From: Lama guanicoe
Taxonomy: Eukaryota
Direction: 5' to 3'
NCBI GenBank assembly: GCA_013239625.1
Contig: MU054323.1
Coordinates: 7,491,220 to 7,555,219 of the forward strand
Length of the DNA stretch: 64,000 nt
Position 1 is the first letter of the stretch. Every line of letters begins with the position of its first letter. Made by a program: the position numbers and the translations under genes. Below, one piece after another: positions 28,451-40,620 of the stretch. Under the pieces are notes generated by a model. That model was not told the origin of the DNA and made no database searches. It saw only the letters and a program-made list of their open reading frames with translations.

Positions 28451-29757
28451 CAGAGGATGGAAACAGAAAGGAGGTTTATAAATCACAAATCTAAATTACT
28501 AAGCCAGCTCAACTGAGGAAGAATAAGGAAGGTTTCCTATCCCTCATGCTGGGAATTTGAGTATCTGTTATTCAAAAAAAAAATTATATATAATGTTGGT
28601 TAAAGTATCACCTGCTGTACCCTCAGATCAGACCATGTAACTACCAATACTGTAGCAGTGAGGATCTGATAGAGGGGAAAAATGAGGCCATCAGAATGTT
28701 TTGGCTATTCCTTATAGCTTTCATTGAAGTCCTATACACAGATGTTTATAATAGTATTCTTTGTACTTTTCAATGTTTTTAATTGTCAAGTGTGAAATAT
28801 TTCAAATCCTAAGTACTGAAACAAAAATCCTAAGAAAATACACACTTCAGGGAGAAAGTCTTAGACCCTATTTGTTTCTGGTGGTTGTTTTAACATCTTA
28901 TAATCTATTAGAATAAACAGAAACAACCTGGCCAAAAATCCGACTATGAATTTGGAGGCAAAGGAATTCAATAATTAAGTAATTGTTGCATCCAAACTTT
29001 AACTTTGAGAAATTATGAAATACAAAAGCCTGAGAAGATCAATTAAAATAACAGAAATTCTACACATCAAAGGGACTCGCCAGCCTAAGTAACAAAGTGG
29101 CCTATCCACGATGGGATTACTACTTTTTGAAGTATTTAACAACAAAATGCCCTGATTTTCAAAAAATAAAATTCTGATAACTAGATCCTTTATTTTTCCC
29201 AGTACGTGAAAGCCAATTTCAAATTTCTGGGGAGCTAACTAAATAAGCTTTTACCATAAAAAAAAATAATATAACCTAAAAAAACCTCCAAAATAAGCTC
29301 TTACCATAGAACGATTTCAAGGTTAGTAAAGATGTGATGATTTATTCTGATGCCCATGTTCAAGGTTTTAGGCAGCACATGACTTGAGAATTACCAAGCT
29401 CACCACTGCCATACTGTAGTCCTCACTCTTCTTAACTCTTTCATCTCTTTTTGTTTTCCCTAGTTCTCTTTAGGGTGCCCTTCTACTGATCTGTCTTCAC
29501 CTGATTTACTGTCCATTTCTTCCTTTCCTTTGTCTTTGAACGTGTCTAGTTTTCTCTGAATGTGTCCCAGGACGCTTCTCACCCTCTCCTCTTTCATCTG
29601 GTCTTTCCATTCTCCCTCTGCTATCTCTTCACTCTCCCTTCTTCTCCCTTCTTTAGCCATAGTACTTATTTAGCATGGAATCAAAATTTATAATCTCTGC
29701 CTTATTTTTAGGCTGTAAGACAATTTTTATTTCTGACTTTAAAAATATTGTTTCTTA

Positions 29758-29890
29758 GGGGAGAGGGGAGAGCTCAGTGGTATACTGCATGCCTAGCGTG
29801 CATGAGGTCCTGGGTTCAATCCCCAGTACCTCCATTACAAAAATAAATAAATACACCTAATTACCTCCCCCCATAAAAATTTTTTTTAAA
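29758..29890 (+). mobile_element. Vic-1-like SINE
   Basis: agctcagtggta...gaggtcctgggttcaatccccagtacctcca followed by acctaattacctcccc. Confidence 0.9.
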
Positions 29891-31011
29891 TTGTTTAAGT
29901 TAATTTGTGTTGTGTTGACCCTGAACTGACTTACTCAAGTGAGTCAGTGTCAGGATAAGGTACTGTTTACTGACCACAGAATGACAGTTTTTACTGAGGT
30001 TTTTGGGATCAGAAGAGTCATTCCTTGGATAGTATAAAATTAACCTCCTGGATTAATTTAAATTGCTAAAAAGTGGTATTAGAATTCTAGAACTTATGTC
30101 TCATGTACACTCTTGTTTTAAAAATTCAGATTTCTTTAAATAATTTTTAGTAAATGGATGGAATATCTAATTTGATAACATCTTATAAAAGTGTTGTGAA
30201 TTTAGTAAGTGCCTATGTTGTTACTTGGCCTTGGCACTTCTATGGTTTTACCATTAATTCACAGAATCCTCAATATTATAAAGTATTAGCATTCTACAAA
30301 TATATGAACTCATTTTGCACAGAGAGAAAAATGAAGCGGCGAGAATTAATCCATCCAAATCAGACGGTACAGTACAGCAAGGATCAGAAACCTGAACCCA
30401 CGGTTCCCAGAATATAAGCATTAACCTCTGTGCTTCCATCATTTACCATTTATTTTGTGTTTTTTTAATCATACCCAACTTAATTCTCCTAAATACAAAT
30501 ATAGCAACTCATTTCTGTTTTAATTAGGAGTATGTTTAGTTTTCTTCTATCATTGTAAGGTTTAGAAGAAAAATGTTCTACATGGAGAAAAATTAAAATA
30601 GAACCCTAAACATAAATAAAGAGAAAACAAGTTACTATAGTCCAGGGGCAATTGCTGTTACATAATAAAGAAAAGTTAGCTTTAAAAGTCAAACAGAAAC
30701 CCTCATAATCAAATGTACAACTCAGCTATATTTCACTGGAAGAGAACAGCTTGACTAAGGTAACTACAATTTTACCAAACAATGTGTCTCAAGTGTTGTG
30801 AATCTCCCTAATATTACACGGGTTAAAATGTGACATACCCCAGGACAGTAAGTCATTCTGGCATCTAACCAGCCTTCAGAAGGGACTTAACACTGATTCA
30901 TTTCCTTTTTAACTGTGATTCTAAGTTGACAACCCTTGGCAAGGCAGTACAGAAGAGGGATGACTCGGAGATAAACATTCTTAAAATGGAGTAAGCAGGT
31001 GAGGTACTAGC

Positions 31012-31225
31012 CTGTCATATGCAGCAATCATGAAGTTGAGGAGGAGGCTGATGGACTGCTCCACGCTGATTTGGTGAGTAGAAGGAAGGCGCTTGTTCAG
31101 CTGGTAGTAGATGGATGAGATGACGGTCTCGAGGCGGGACACACTTATCTCAGTGGTATGGTCCAGTGTATTAAGGCCATTGTCTCGGAAGGCTTCAATC
31201 ATGTTCCAGATATCAACAAGATGGA
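31012..31225 (-). CDS. DTNB: Beta-dystrobrevin coding exon 3, 214 nt; (L)[22 protein letters not shown]...[12 protein letters not shown](S)
   Basis: Contained in ORF 30981..31445(-). Acceptor gtgttctag|TC. The frame requires the exon to end at GAC AG, followed by a GC donor (gctagt). Confidence 0.95.
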
Positions 31226-31320
31226 CTAGAACACATAGAAAATAAACTGTCAGCAATCTAAAAGTTTTAATCCAGCAGAAAGATAGAAGAACTTTACATT
31301 TATTTACATCTAATAAATAG

Positions 31321-31810
31321 TGAAAGATAGCAGAATATGTCCCCCTAAAATATGCCACTCTGGCATAAGGATTAGTTTGAGCTAAAGACACCTGCAAAAC
31401 AGCACATGCCAAGAAGAGCACTCTGATCTCCCCTTTTCTTCCCAAAAGCTGGAAATAAATGTCCCTTGTGAAAAATGTCCTCCCTATTCCAGGAGGAAAG
31501 AAACGTCCTCATCACCAGAGACAATGAATTGAGGCTAAGAGAAATCTGCACAGACTTTGTTAAAATAACTCTTATCTTTAGTCTCTTGATATATTTTAGT
31601 TACTTTTCCATAATCACTACTCTTTGTTCAGCTTAGTACACAAGCACCTGGGCCTGTTCATTTCTTTGAGTCTTCATTTTCCTATGTGAGCTCCCATGTA
31701 CATGTAAAATCTGTATGCTTTTCTCCTGTTAATCTGTCTTATGCCAATTTAATTCCCAGGCCCAGCTGGAGACCCTGAGAGGGCAGAGGTAAAATTTTGC
31801 CTCCGCTAGA
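31321..31810 (+). mobile_element. Solo ERV1 LTR (MER34-like)
   Basis: Starts tgaaagatagcagaatatgtccccctaaaatatgccactctggcataaggatta and ends aaattttgcctccgctaga. Flanks atag/acag suggest a 4-bp TSD with one mismatch. Confidence 0.72.
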
Positions 31811-31829
31811 ACAGTGTCAAAAACACACA

Positions 31830-33180
31830 ATGCAAAATGTAACAGAACCTCAAAGAGACAAATTCTCAAACTTTGTGGGAGACAGTAACACACCTCTCTT
31901 AGCAAGTGACAGAGCAAACATACAAAAAGATAAGTACAGTCATAGACAATTAAACTCTGTGACTAACAAAGCATAATGGACACTATATGAAGTCTTGCCC
32001 CTAATGATTAGAAAACATGCTTTACTGTGACGGGTACAAAGAACAAGTATAAAAATTGACCTTATCCCAAGTCATAAAGGTAATCTCAACAAATCTCTAA
32101 GGATTGAAATCATACAAACCATGCTCTCTGATCAAAATGAAATTAAATCAGAAAGCATTATCAAAATGAAATCCTTTTTATAGGATCATCAGATCCTAAT
32201 CAACATAAATATGCATTAATTATTAGTACAAGTACCGGAAATAAAGAAAGGTAACTGTCATTATTCAGAAATAACAAAATTATACACATTGAAAATTCAC
32301 AGATTCTACACATATCATCACTAAAATTAACATTTGGGTCTAGAATGACTGCTAGATACGAGACAAGATATGAAAGTCCCTGTATTTCTTTATATCAGTA
32401 ACAGATAATAAAATTTTAAAACACAATTTATACTAGGATCATAAATCATCAAAGACTTAGGAATAAATCCAATAAAGGATGTACATCTCTACCAAAAAAA
32501 TCTATAAATATAATCAGCAGAAATTAAAGAACTAAATAAACAGAGGGATATACCATGTACACAGGATGAAATCTCAATATTGGAAATATGTTTATTCTTC
32601 CCAACTTGATCCACAGATTCAGCGTAGTTCCAAAAAAATCCCGCAGGGGAATACATTAAAAGGGTAAATTTTACTACATATAAATTACACTTTAAAAAAG
32701 AAATGAAGAAGGAAAAATAGCATGGTTCTTTGTTTTACTTTGTTTGTTTTTAGCACAAATTATAAGCAGATTCTAAAATCTGTATGAAAATAAAAGTAAA
32801 AAAGCCAAGAATGTCCCAGATAATCTTAAAAAGAAAAACAGAACAAAGTAGGAAGATGTGATCTACCTGATAACAAGAACTTATTATAAAGCTGTAACAG
32901 TGATTATTGGTATAAGGATAGACAAACAGATCAATGGAACAATGAGTCCAAAAGCAGATCTTACATATGGACACAGTATGAACATTCTTGTACATTTCTC
33001 CTAATGAATATGAGGAAAAGATGTTTTTAGCAACAAAGAAAAAGAATGATCTTTTCAATAAACAGTATAGGGACAATTGAACATACATACGGAAAAAATT
33101 GAAATTTGACTCCTACTCATACTCTCTACACCCATAAAAAAATTTCAGGTGAATTGAGGAAACACATGTAACAAAATAAA
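31830..33180 (+). mobile_element. Highly degraded LINE-1 ORF2 fragments
   Basis: ggattgaaatcatacaaaccatgctctctgatcaaaatgaaattaaa; tataaagctgtaacag...gatagacaaacagatcaatggaac. Confidence 0.75.
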
Positions 33181-33286
33181 ACTTCGAGAACAATGCCTCT
33201 TTTACTTTATAGCCTGGCTCAACCCATTATTCTATGTTCCAAGAATAATTACAGGAAGAATTATAAAAATGGTAGTTGCTCTAGGA

Positions 33287-33493
33287 CAGCGGTTTTCAAA
33301 TGTTTTTACCACAACCCACAGAAATATATTTAAATCAACACACACACACGTTTCACAAAATACCTTACCACATTAAGCTACATTCTTTTTTTTTTTTCAT
33401 TTTCTCTATTATATGCTGTACATTCGGTTACAGCCTACCAAAAGGATTTCAGGAAACATTAATGGGTCACAGTCCGTAATTTGAAAAACACTG
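33287..33493. mobile_element. hAT-Charlie-type MITE
   Basis: Terminal inverted repeats cagcggttttcaaa ... tttgaaaaacactg; left flank ctctagga fits the hAT target preference. Confidence 0.7.
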
Positions 33494-34274
33494 CTTTGGC
33501 AAACCAGAGAAGAAACATGACTTCAGCCTAACTGAAGTAAACTCTTCGGGAGAATTTTAACCTAGGATTTTTGAGTAGGACTTAATGTAGTGTAGAAGTA
33601 TTTAGATCAGAAGTGACTTGCCCAAGGTCACGTGTTTATAATAAATGGTAAAACTGAGGTTTTCCCATTCCAAGGCAAGTGTCCTTTGACATTACACAAA
33701 ACAGTTTTTCATTAAAATACACACATACCCGTATATGAAAAAGCACAATAATTCAGTCTAAGTTAGTTCATCTGCACACAAATTAAGAGAGATTTTATAT
33801 GCGTGTGTCTATACAAACACATATATACATATATTTTATTTACTTATTTTATATGTAGCAACTGTGGAAGCAATTGCTTATAGAAAAGGCTGATGTGTTA
33901 TATTAACTTTAATAAAGTTAATTTTTTATACCTTTATCAAAATGTTAGTTTTTCTTTTCCTCTAGAAGCTGATAAGTTGTATTAATTTTGTATAAAACTT
34001 TTAATTAAAAACGGTGACAAGGAGAAATCAATTCTCCCATTGAGAGAATACTATACCAGACTCAAAACTAGTTACATTATTGAGTTTCTTAAATATTTTG
34101 AGGGACACCCAGAATAAAACAAGTTCTCTCCATTTCAAAGCTTATATTCTGATAAATACTAAAGACAAAAATAATTCAATTAACATTATAAGATGACTAA
34201 AAGATATTAAAATCTTTTATACCATCAAGAGCTTTATTCAGCTATCACAGAAATGAGTAGAAATAATGACTTAC

Positions 34275-34355
34275 GGTTGCATCGTTTTTGTACAAATCGT
34301 AATTTGCAAGCTGTTCTGTACGTTGATAATCGTATGACATCAAAATTCTGAGCAC
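34275..34355 (-). CDS. DTNB: Beta-dystrobrevin coding exon 2, 81 nt; (R)[26 protein letters not shown]
   Basis: Acceptor cctttttcag|GT, donor C|gtaagt. Phase 1-1, in frame with both neighbours. Carries the dystrophin/dystrobrevin YRTAxKLR motif. Confidence 0.97.
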
Positions 34356-34659
34356 CTGAAAAAGGACAAGTAAAAAATCATCATCTAGATCTACCATTTA
34401 ATTTCTACGTGCTGGCAAAGTGCTTCTACTCCACTGTGTTAGCACAGTCATGCCAATAGACAGCATGTCAACAAGGCCTTCTTTGGATGAAACACAAAGA
34501 GGGGAGGAAGGGTTAAGAAACACTTTCTGTGTGCCTTCTCCATGCCAAGCACTCTGCCAGTAGTTTTGCCTACATCATCCTGGCTGCCAGCCTAAGAAAA
34601 CTCTGAGGGGAGGACCGCTCATGACTTCAGTGAAGGAACTGTATACTCAGCAAAGTGAA

Positions 34660-34830
34660 GCAAATTGGTATAGTAGGAAAGACCCTAGCCTAGAGTTAGG
34701 AAAGCTAAATTCCAGCCCTAGTTTGCCCACCAACCTGCCAAGATTGTGGCCACATTATGCATCTCTTCTCAGCTTCAGTGTCCTCATCTGTAAAATGAGG
34801 GAACTGGAGTAGTTGATCACTAAGGTCCCC
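34660..34830 (+). mobile_element. MIR fragment
   Basis: MIR core ctcagcttcagtgtcctcatctgtaaaatgaggg. Confidence 0.7.
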
Positions 34831-34837
34831 TTATGGT

Positions 34838-35392
34838 GTGTGGTAGCCTGTATTTTTCAAAAAAATGGCCACAGTGGTATTTCCAGACCAGTACACTATG
34901 TGCGTCTAGTACACTGCCCCTCCCCATCAAGAACTAAAGAATACGCCCCCCACTTGCATCTGAGGCTGTTCTGACTGTCTCAGTGAACAGAGTGTGGCAG
35001 ACGCAACCCTGCACAACTCCTGAAGACAGGTGATGAAAGGTGGGGCAGGCTGCCCCTGCTCTCACTCTCAGGATGCTTGCCGTTGGAGCCCAGGGACCAC
35101 TGTTGGGAAGAAGTCCAAACTAGCTGATGTGGAGAGAGCACACAGAGATGCTGACGTGCGGAGGAACTGAGATGCTGACGTGCGGAGGAACTGAGTCTAT
35201 CAGCCAAAGTCATCAGCAACCGTCACACTTGTCAGTAAGCAAGGCCTCTAGTGATCCAGCCCTGAGACCTCGAGTCTTCCACCTGAGACCTCAGATATTA
35301 TGCAGCAAAGACATCAGCACTGGATGTTGTTCTAATTTTAGACCCCAAAAATTCATAAACAAAAAAAATGACTCTTTGGGGATAACTGATAT
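34838..35392 (+). mobile_element. MaLR LTR (MLT1F/E-like) with a 24-bp tandem duplication
   Basis: tgtggtagcctgtatttttcaaaaaaatggccaca start; ggggataactgata end. Confidence 0.65.
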
Positions 35393-35859
35393 ATAACCAC
35401 AGTAACTACAACAAAGCCTAAATTACATGAGCCTACAAATCAAACGTTGTTTTCACGTCAAAATTTGCTATAAAATTCTCCTTGAATTTTAAGGTCACTT
35501 CAGGGAACTTTGGCCTCCAATGTTTTTCACTTCATCTATGCTGCCTTTGTAAGATCTGGCAGCAACTTTTGACTCAATAAAGAGAAAGTGAACTAGCATG
35601 AATTATCTTCTATCAATATTTATAGTCATCTCTATTTCTGCTTATTTCACAGAATTTTTTTTTAAAAGGAAGGATTTTTCCAGGTTTTTGGTGAAAGTAA
35701 TATTTATTGACCAAAAAGTGAAGCAAAGGTTTCTCTTAATCTCACTTCAACCTTTACCTTGATGTCACGATTGAAATTATTTCCTCCATCATCCAGTTCT
35801 CACAAAGCTTCTATCCTTATATATATATATATATAGTCCTACTTTTTTTAATATAAGAA

Positions 35860-36900
35860 GCTTTTTTGAAATTTAATTCACATGTAATTCACCCATTCAA
35901 AGTATTCAATTTAATGGTCTTTACAGAATTGTATAACCATCACCACAACTGATTTTAGAACATTTTCATTATCCCAAAAGGAAACCACTTCCCTTTATGA
36001 GTCACTTTGCCCATTTTTTAATTGGGCTTTTATCTCTTCATTATTGAGTTGTAAGAGTTCTTTATATGTTGTAGATACAGTCCCTTATGAGATATATGAT
36101 TTGCAAATTTTTTCACTCATTCTGTGAGTAGTCATTTCAATTTCTTGGTTGTTTGCATGAAAGCACAAAAGTTTTTAATTTTGTTCCAATATATCTATTT
36201 GTTCTTTTGTCACTTGTGCTTTTGGTGTCATACCCAAGAAGGGTTGCCTCATATAAGTTCATGAAGATTTATACTTATGTTTTCCTCTAAGAGTTTTATA
36301 GTTTTAGCTCTTACATTTAGGTCTATGATATACTTTTTAGTTAATTTATTATGTGGTGTGAGGCAGAGGCTCAAATTCATTCTTTCACATATGGATATTC
36401 ACTTGTTTCAGCACCATTTCTTCAAAAGACTATGCTTTCTTCATTAAATGGTCTTGGCCTCCTTGTGAAAAATCAAGTGAACAAAGATGTATGGGTTTAA
36501 TTCTGAACTTTCAATTCTATCCCATTGATTCTATGTCTGTCCTTATGCCAGTACCACTTAATCTGGATTACTCTAGCTCCGTAGTTCTCAAATTCGGAAA
36601 TGTGAGTCTTCCAACTTTGTTCTTCTCTTTTGAGACTGTTTTGGCTATCTTGGGTCCTGTGAATTTCCATATGAATTTTAGAATCAGCCCATCCATTTCT
36701 GTAAAGAAGCCATCTTCTATGGGGATTGCGTTGAGTCTGTGGATCAATTTAGGGAACACTGCCATCTTAATGATAAATTTTTCTGGTATCTTACAGGATA
36801 TCTTTCCATTTATTTAGGTCTTCCTTAATTTCTTCCAACAATGTTTTACAGTTTTCAGAGTATAAGTGTTATACTTCTTCTATTAAATTTATTCAGTATG
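35860..36900 (-). mobile_element. LINE-1 ORF2/3' fragment on the minus strand (sense to DTNB)
   Basis: ORF 36568..36765(-) MAVFPKLIHRLNAIPI...LILKFIWKFTGPKIAKTVSKEKNKVGRLTFPN is ORF2-like. Confidence 0.88.
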
Positions 36901-39369
36901 ATTTTCTTTTACTCATTTATTTCTTAATATATTACTGTCTCAGCCTAAATATTTTAAATTCGAATCATTAAATATTAATTATTCAAAAATTAAACCAAAC
37001 CAATGGTTTTAAAAAAGAATACTGACAAATGTTCAAGGGCACTTAATAAGTAACCTGTTATTAAACTACTGCAGGTAATTTTAATGTCTAAATATTTATT
37101 TTTATGAAATATTTTTATGAGAAACACTGAGAAAACTAATGTGAACAGCTAGGAAAGGAAAATTCCATCCCAACTGACCAAACAGATAGACTATTAATCT
37201 CATTGACGAGATTGCAAGGCATTTATTAGGCCACGTTTGCTAGTGAAGAAGTAAAAGTGCAGGAAAAAGTCAGTGCATCTGTTGTAACTCACTCTCTTCA
37301 GACTTTTTCTCCAGTGCAGTTAGAGTCAGATTTGGGTACTGCAAAAGATGAAACAGAGCCGATATCACCCAAGTCCAAAGCTAACTAGTTTAGGGAAGCA
37401 GGAAACTCCATATGCTTCAGCCCAGTTTGCCAGAAATCTCTACACTGAAGTATCAGGAACTAGTAAGAATCAAGTTATCACTCTGCTTTCCTCTGCAACT
37501 GATGCTTATAAAAACGTATCACTCTAAACCCAATGGGGAAGAGGTAGAGATAACAGTGGGATGGTATAGGATTCAGAAATTCTAGGAAGTCCTGGCCATA
37601 ATACCATTTTTTTAAAATCTAGTTGCAGTCCAAATCCAAAAATAATTCCTAGAAGTTAAGACATAATCAATAACCTTAGAACTTTATTAAAATCTTATTG
37701 TAGCAACATTCAACCAATCAGGTACTCAAACCTCCCAGAGGTTCTCCTCCTTCTGGAGCAGTCACCTTTACTGATTTCCAAAAGGAGAGTCCTCATAGAT
37801 TGCCTAATTGTAGCCTTCAATTTTTTAATACTTCCCCTAGGTAAGTATCATATTGATTTCCTGATCAGAAAATATGGTAGTTTGGCACATACAAAATAGA
37901 AAAGCCCCCAGCAAAAAAACTGAAATGATCAGATTATCCCTTTGGGAATTCTGGACTTAAAAATAATTACTTTTCATTATCATTCATTTCAAGAGTATTT
38001 CATTATAAGAAATACAGTAAAATGTCATTTTAATTCTAATGTCAGACAATGTTTCAAGCTCATCAAAAATGGTACAGAGTCCTAACTAAATATCCAAGCA
38101 GAACACTGGCCCCAGTTAGAAAGCCCAGTGAAATTCCTGAACAGACAGGGGACAATATGGAGACACTGGGTACTCAAGAGATACAGGAGAAAGACAGGGA
38201 AATGAAGAAAGGATTAACCCTTCTTTGTACATTATGGCTCTCCTTGTTCATGAGACTAGGATATGAATGTTCTATAGTATAACCAAATCCCAAGAAAAAA
38301 GAGTCAAATGTAAGAGTTTTATTGTTATCTGTTTGTATCAGAAGCTTGTATCAAAATCTCCAGGGGAAGAATCTGCAATCCTCATTCTTAACAAATGTCC
38401 CTAGAGAGTCATATAAAGCAAGCTAGTTTTGGAAAACACAAGACTACCCAACACAACTTAAAGGTTTGGTTCATGCACCTCTCAAATTTTACCGCACACC
38501 CAACTCCAATCAGTCTGGACTGCATACAATTACCCAAATATGACACGCCTTCCCACCTCTGGGCCTTTGTGATAGTGCCCCAGCCCTCCCCTCACCACAT
38601 CATTGGGCTGACTCAGCCAAGACACTTCCTCCCAGACCCCTGCCTTGACCTCCCATGCTTCCCCTATCATGGCTCCCACTGCCCTATCATTCCTTGTTTC
38701 CATTTCATGGAAACTAAGCTCCATGAAGGCAAAGACCCATTTACTGTTGTATTATTCATTAATATATGCCACAAAGTAGGATGTAATAAAACTAGCAACT
38801 AAGTATTTGTTAGAATAAATAACTGAAAATTAGGAAGTTCTCAGTTGCCTGGTATAAAAGACTCTGATCTCCTTTTTCCTAAAAATATAAAGAGTAAATA
38901 AATACAAAAGGTTAGACAAACCATACAACTGTGGACACTAGCAAGGAAAAGCTAATAGGGGAAGGTGATAAAAACAATGGGGAAGCCAGCTCTGTTTCCT
39001 GGGTAAACATGCTGATGCTTTTAGCCTTCTTCAGGTAGGGCAGAGCATTCCAAACCATGTTCTAGGAAGCCACAGGATTTGGTGGAGGTGTTCAGCAGAC
39101 CAATGGGAGGTACAACAAAGAAAATATACTTTGTTGAAAAAGGAATCTAACTGGGGAAATGGGGAGAAGGGAAGGAGAAAGGGGAGAAAGGGGAGAAAAA
39201 ATTATAAATCTAATAAAAGTAAGTAGAGTAACATTTCTGAATTGTCTGAAAATTTTTACAAGCACTTCTAATGAGGAAAAAAATTTTTTTCAAAAAAAAA
39301 TTAGTCTGAATAAGCAACAAAAATGAACATGAATGACTTCCTCATTTTTTTCTTGGTGGTACAATTAAA

Positions 39370-40620
39370 AACCCTAGGGACCAGAGGTGAAGCCAGAGGT
39401 CCCAGCAGAGAGGAAGGTACAACCACTGAAGGGTGACTCCATCAGTGGATGAAGTAGGAAAAAAAGTTTAAAAATTCCACAAAAGGAAATGGTAGAGACA
39501 CATGCCTAGCTCCACCAAAATTTAGATTTAAATTTTTGTAAATAATGGCAAGCAAAGAAAGTGATAACCAAATAGGCTGGATAAGACAAAAATTGATTAT
39601 ACAAAATAAAGTCTAATTCATGGAGTTCAAAACATAATACAAAAGACAGCATATATTTCATAAAAGAGGTGCTCTAAAATATTCTAATATTCCTGTATTA
39701 CTTTGAACAAAGTTATATTTATTGATAGGATCTGGACTTCATTTTAATTGACATTAAAATTTCTGGGGTAACCACAAAAAGAAAAGAAAAAGAACATAAT
39801 ATAACTCACAACTAAGTAGAGGAGGAAAAGTAGAACAAATGGAAGGAAGCTCAACTCATTTGAGAGAAGTCAAGGAAGGAGGAAAAACAGAGAAAGGACA
39901 AAATTGAAGCACAAAATAAAACGGAAGAAATAAAATATATCAGTATTCATAAAAAAAAGTTAAACAGAATAAATCCTTCAGTGAAAAAGCCAAAACTGTC
40001 ACAATGGTCAGTTTTGTTTTGTTTTCTAAATAAACTAACTTATGCTGTTTACAGGAGATATACATAAAACATAAGGATACAGAAAATTTTTTTAAAGAAT
40101 GAACAGATATACTGTACTAAGCATGTAACCAAAAGAAAGCTGGTATAGTTATATTAATATAACACAAAAACAGACTCACAGTGGGAAGGGTAACAGCTCA
40201 GTGGCAGAGCACATGCTTAGCATGCATGAGGTCCTGGGTTCAATCCCCAGAATCTTTATTAAAATAAATACATACATACAATATTTTTTTTAAACTAGAC
40301 TTCACAGCAAAAAAAAAAAAAGCATTACTAGAAAAACAGGTACCCATATAATGACAACAGATCCAACTTCCTAGGAAGGCATAACATTTTAATATATATA
40401 CACTAAGAACAAAAGCTTCAAAACACTGACAAAACTATAGGGGGAAAATTTAAAATCCACCATCAAAGCAGAGATTTTTAACATCTTTTAATAATTAAGA
40501 TCAACCAGTCAAATCAGTAAGAACAAAAAAGATTTTAATAAAACATATAACAAGCTTGACTGAGATAATAATGCAAAGAACATACACATTACTTTCAAGC
40601 ATTCGTGTAATATTTAGAAA
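39370..40620 (+). mobile_element. Old LINE-1 fragment (inter-ORF/endonuclease region), interrupted by a SINE
   Basis: tatgctgtttacaggagatatac...taaccaaaagaaagctggtatagttatattaata...agcagagattttaac are endonuclease-region motifs. Confidence 0.7.
40183..40292 (+). mobile_element. Vic-1-like SINE inserted in L1
   Basis: agctcagtggcagagcacatgcttagcatgcatgaggtcctgggttcaatcccca; imperfect TSD acagactcaca/ctagacttcaca. Confidence 0.88.

Noticed and set aside
29420..29660. Pyrimidine-rich tract giving a charged 66-aa ORF on the minus strand
   Set aside because: Low-complexity composition explains the ORF; no splice or homology support.
30981..31445. 154-aa ORF with a signal-peptide-like N-terminus fused to DTNB sequence
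   Set aside because: Chance open frame through the LTR and intron into the exon; a canonical acceptor at 31226-31227 explains the exon.
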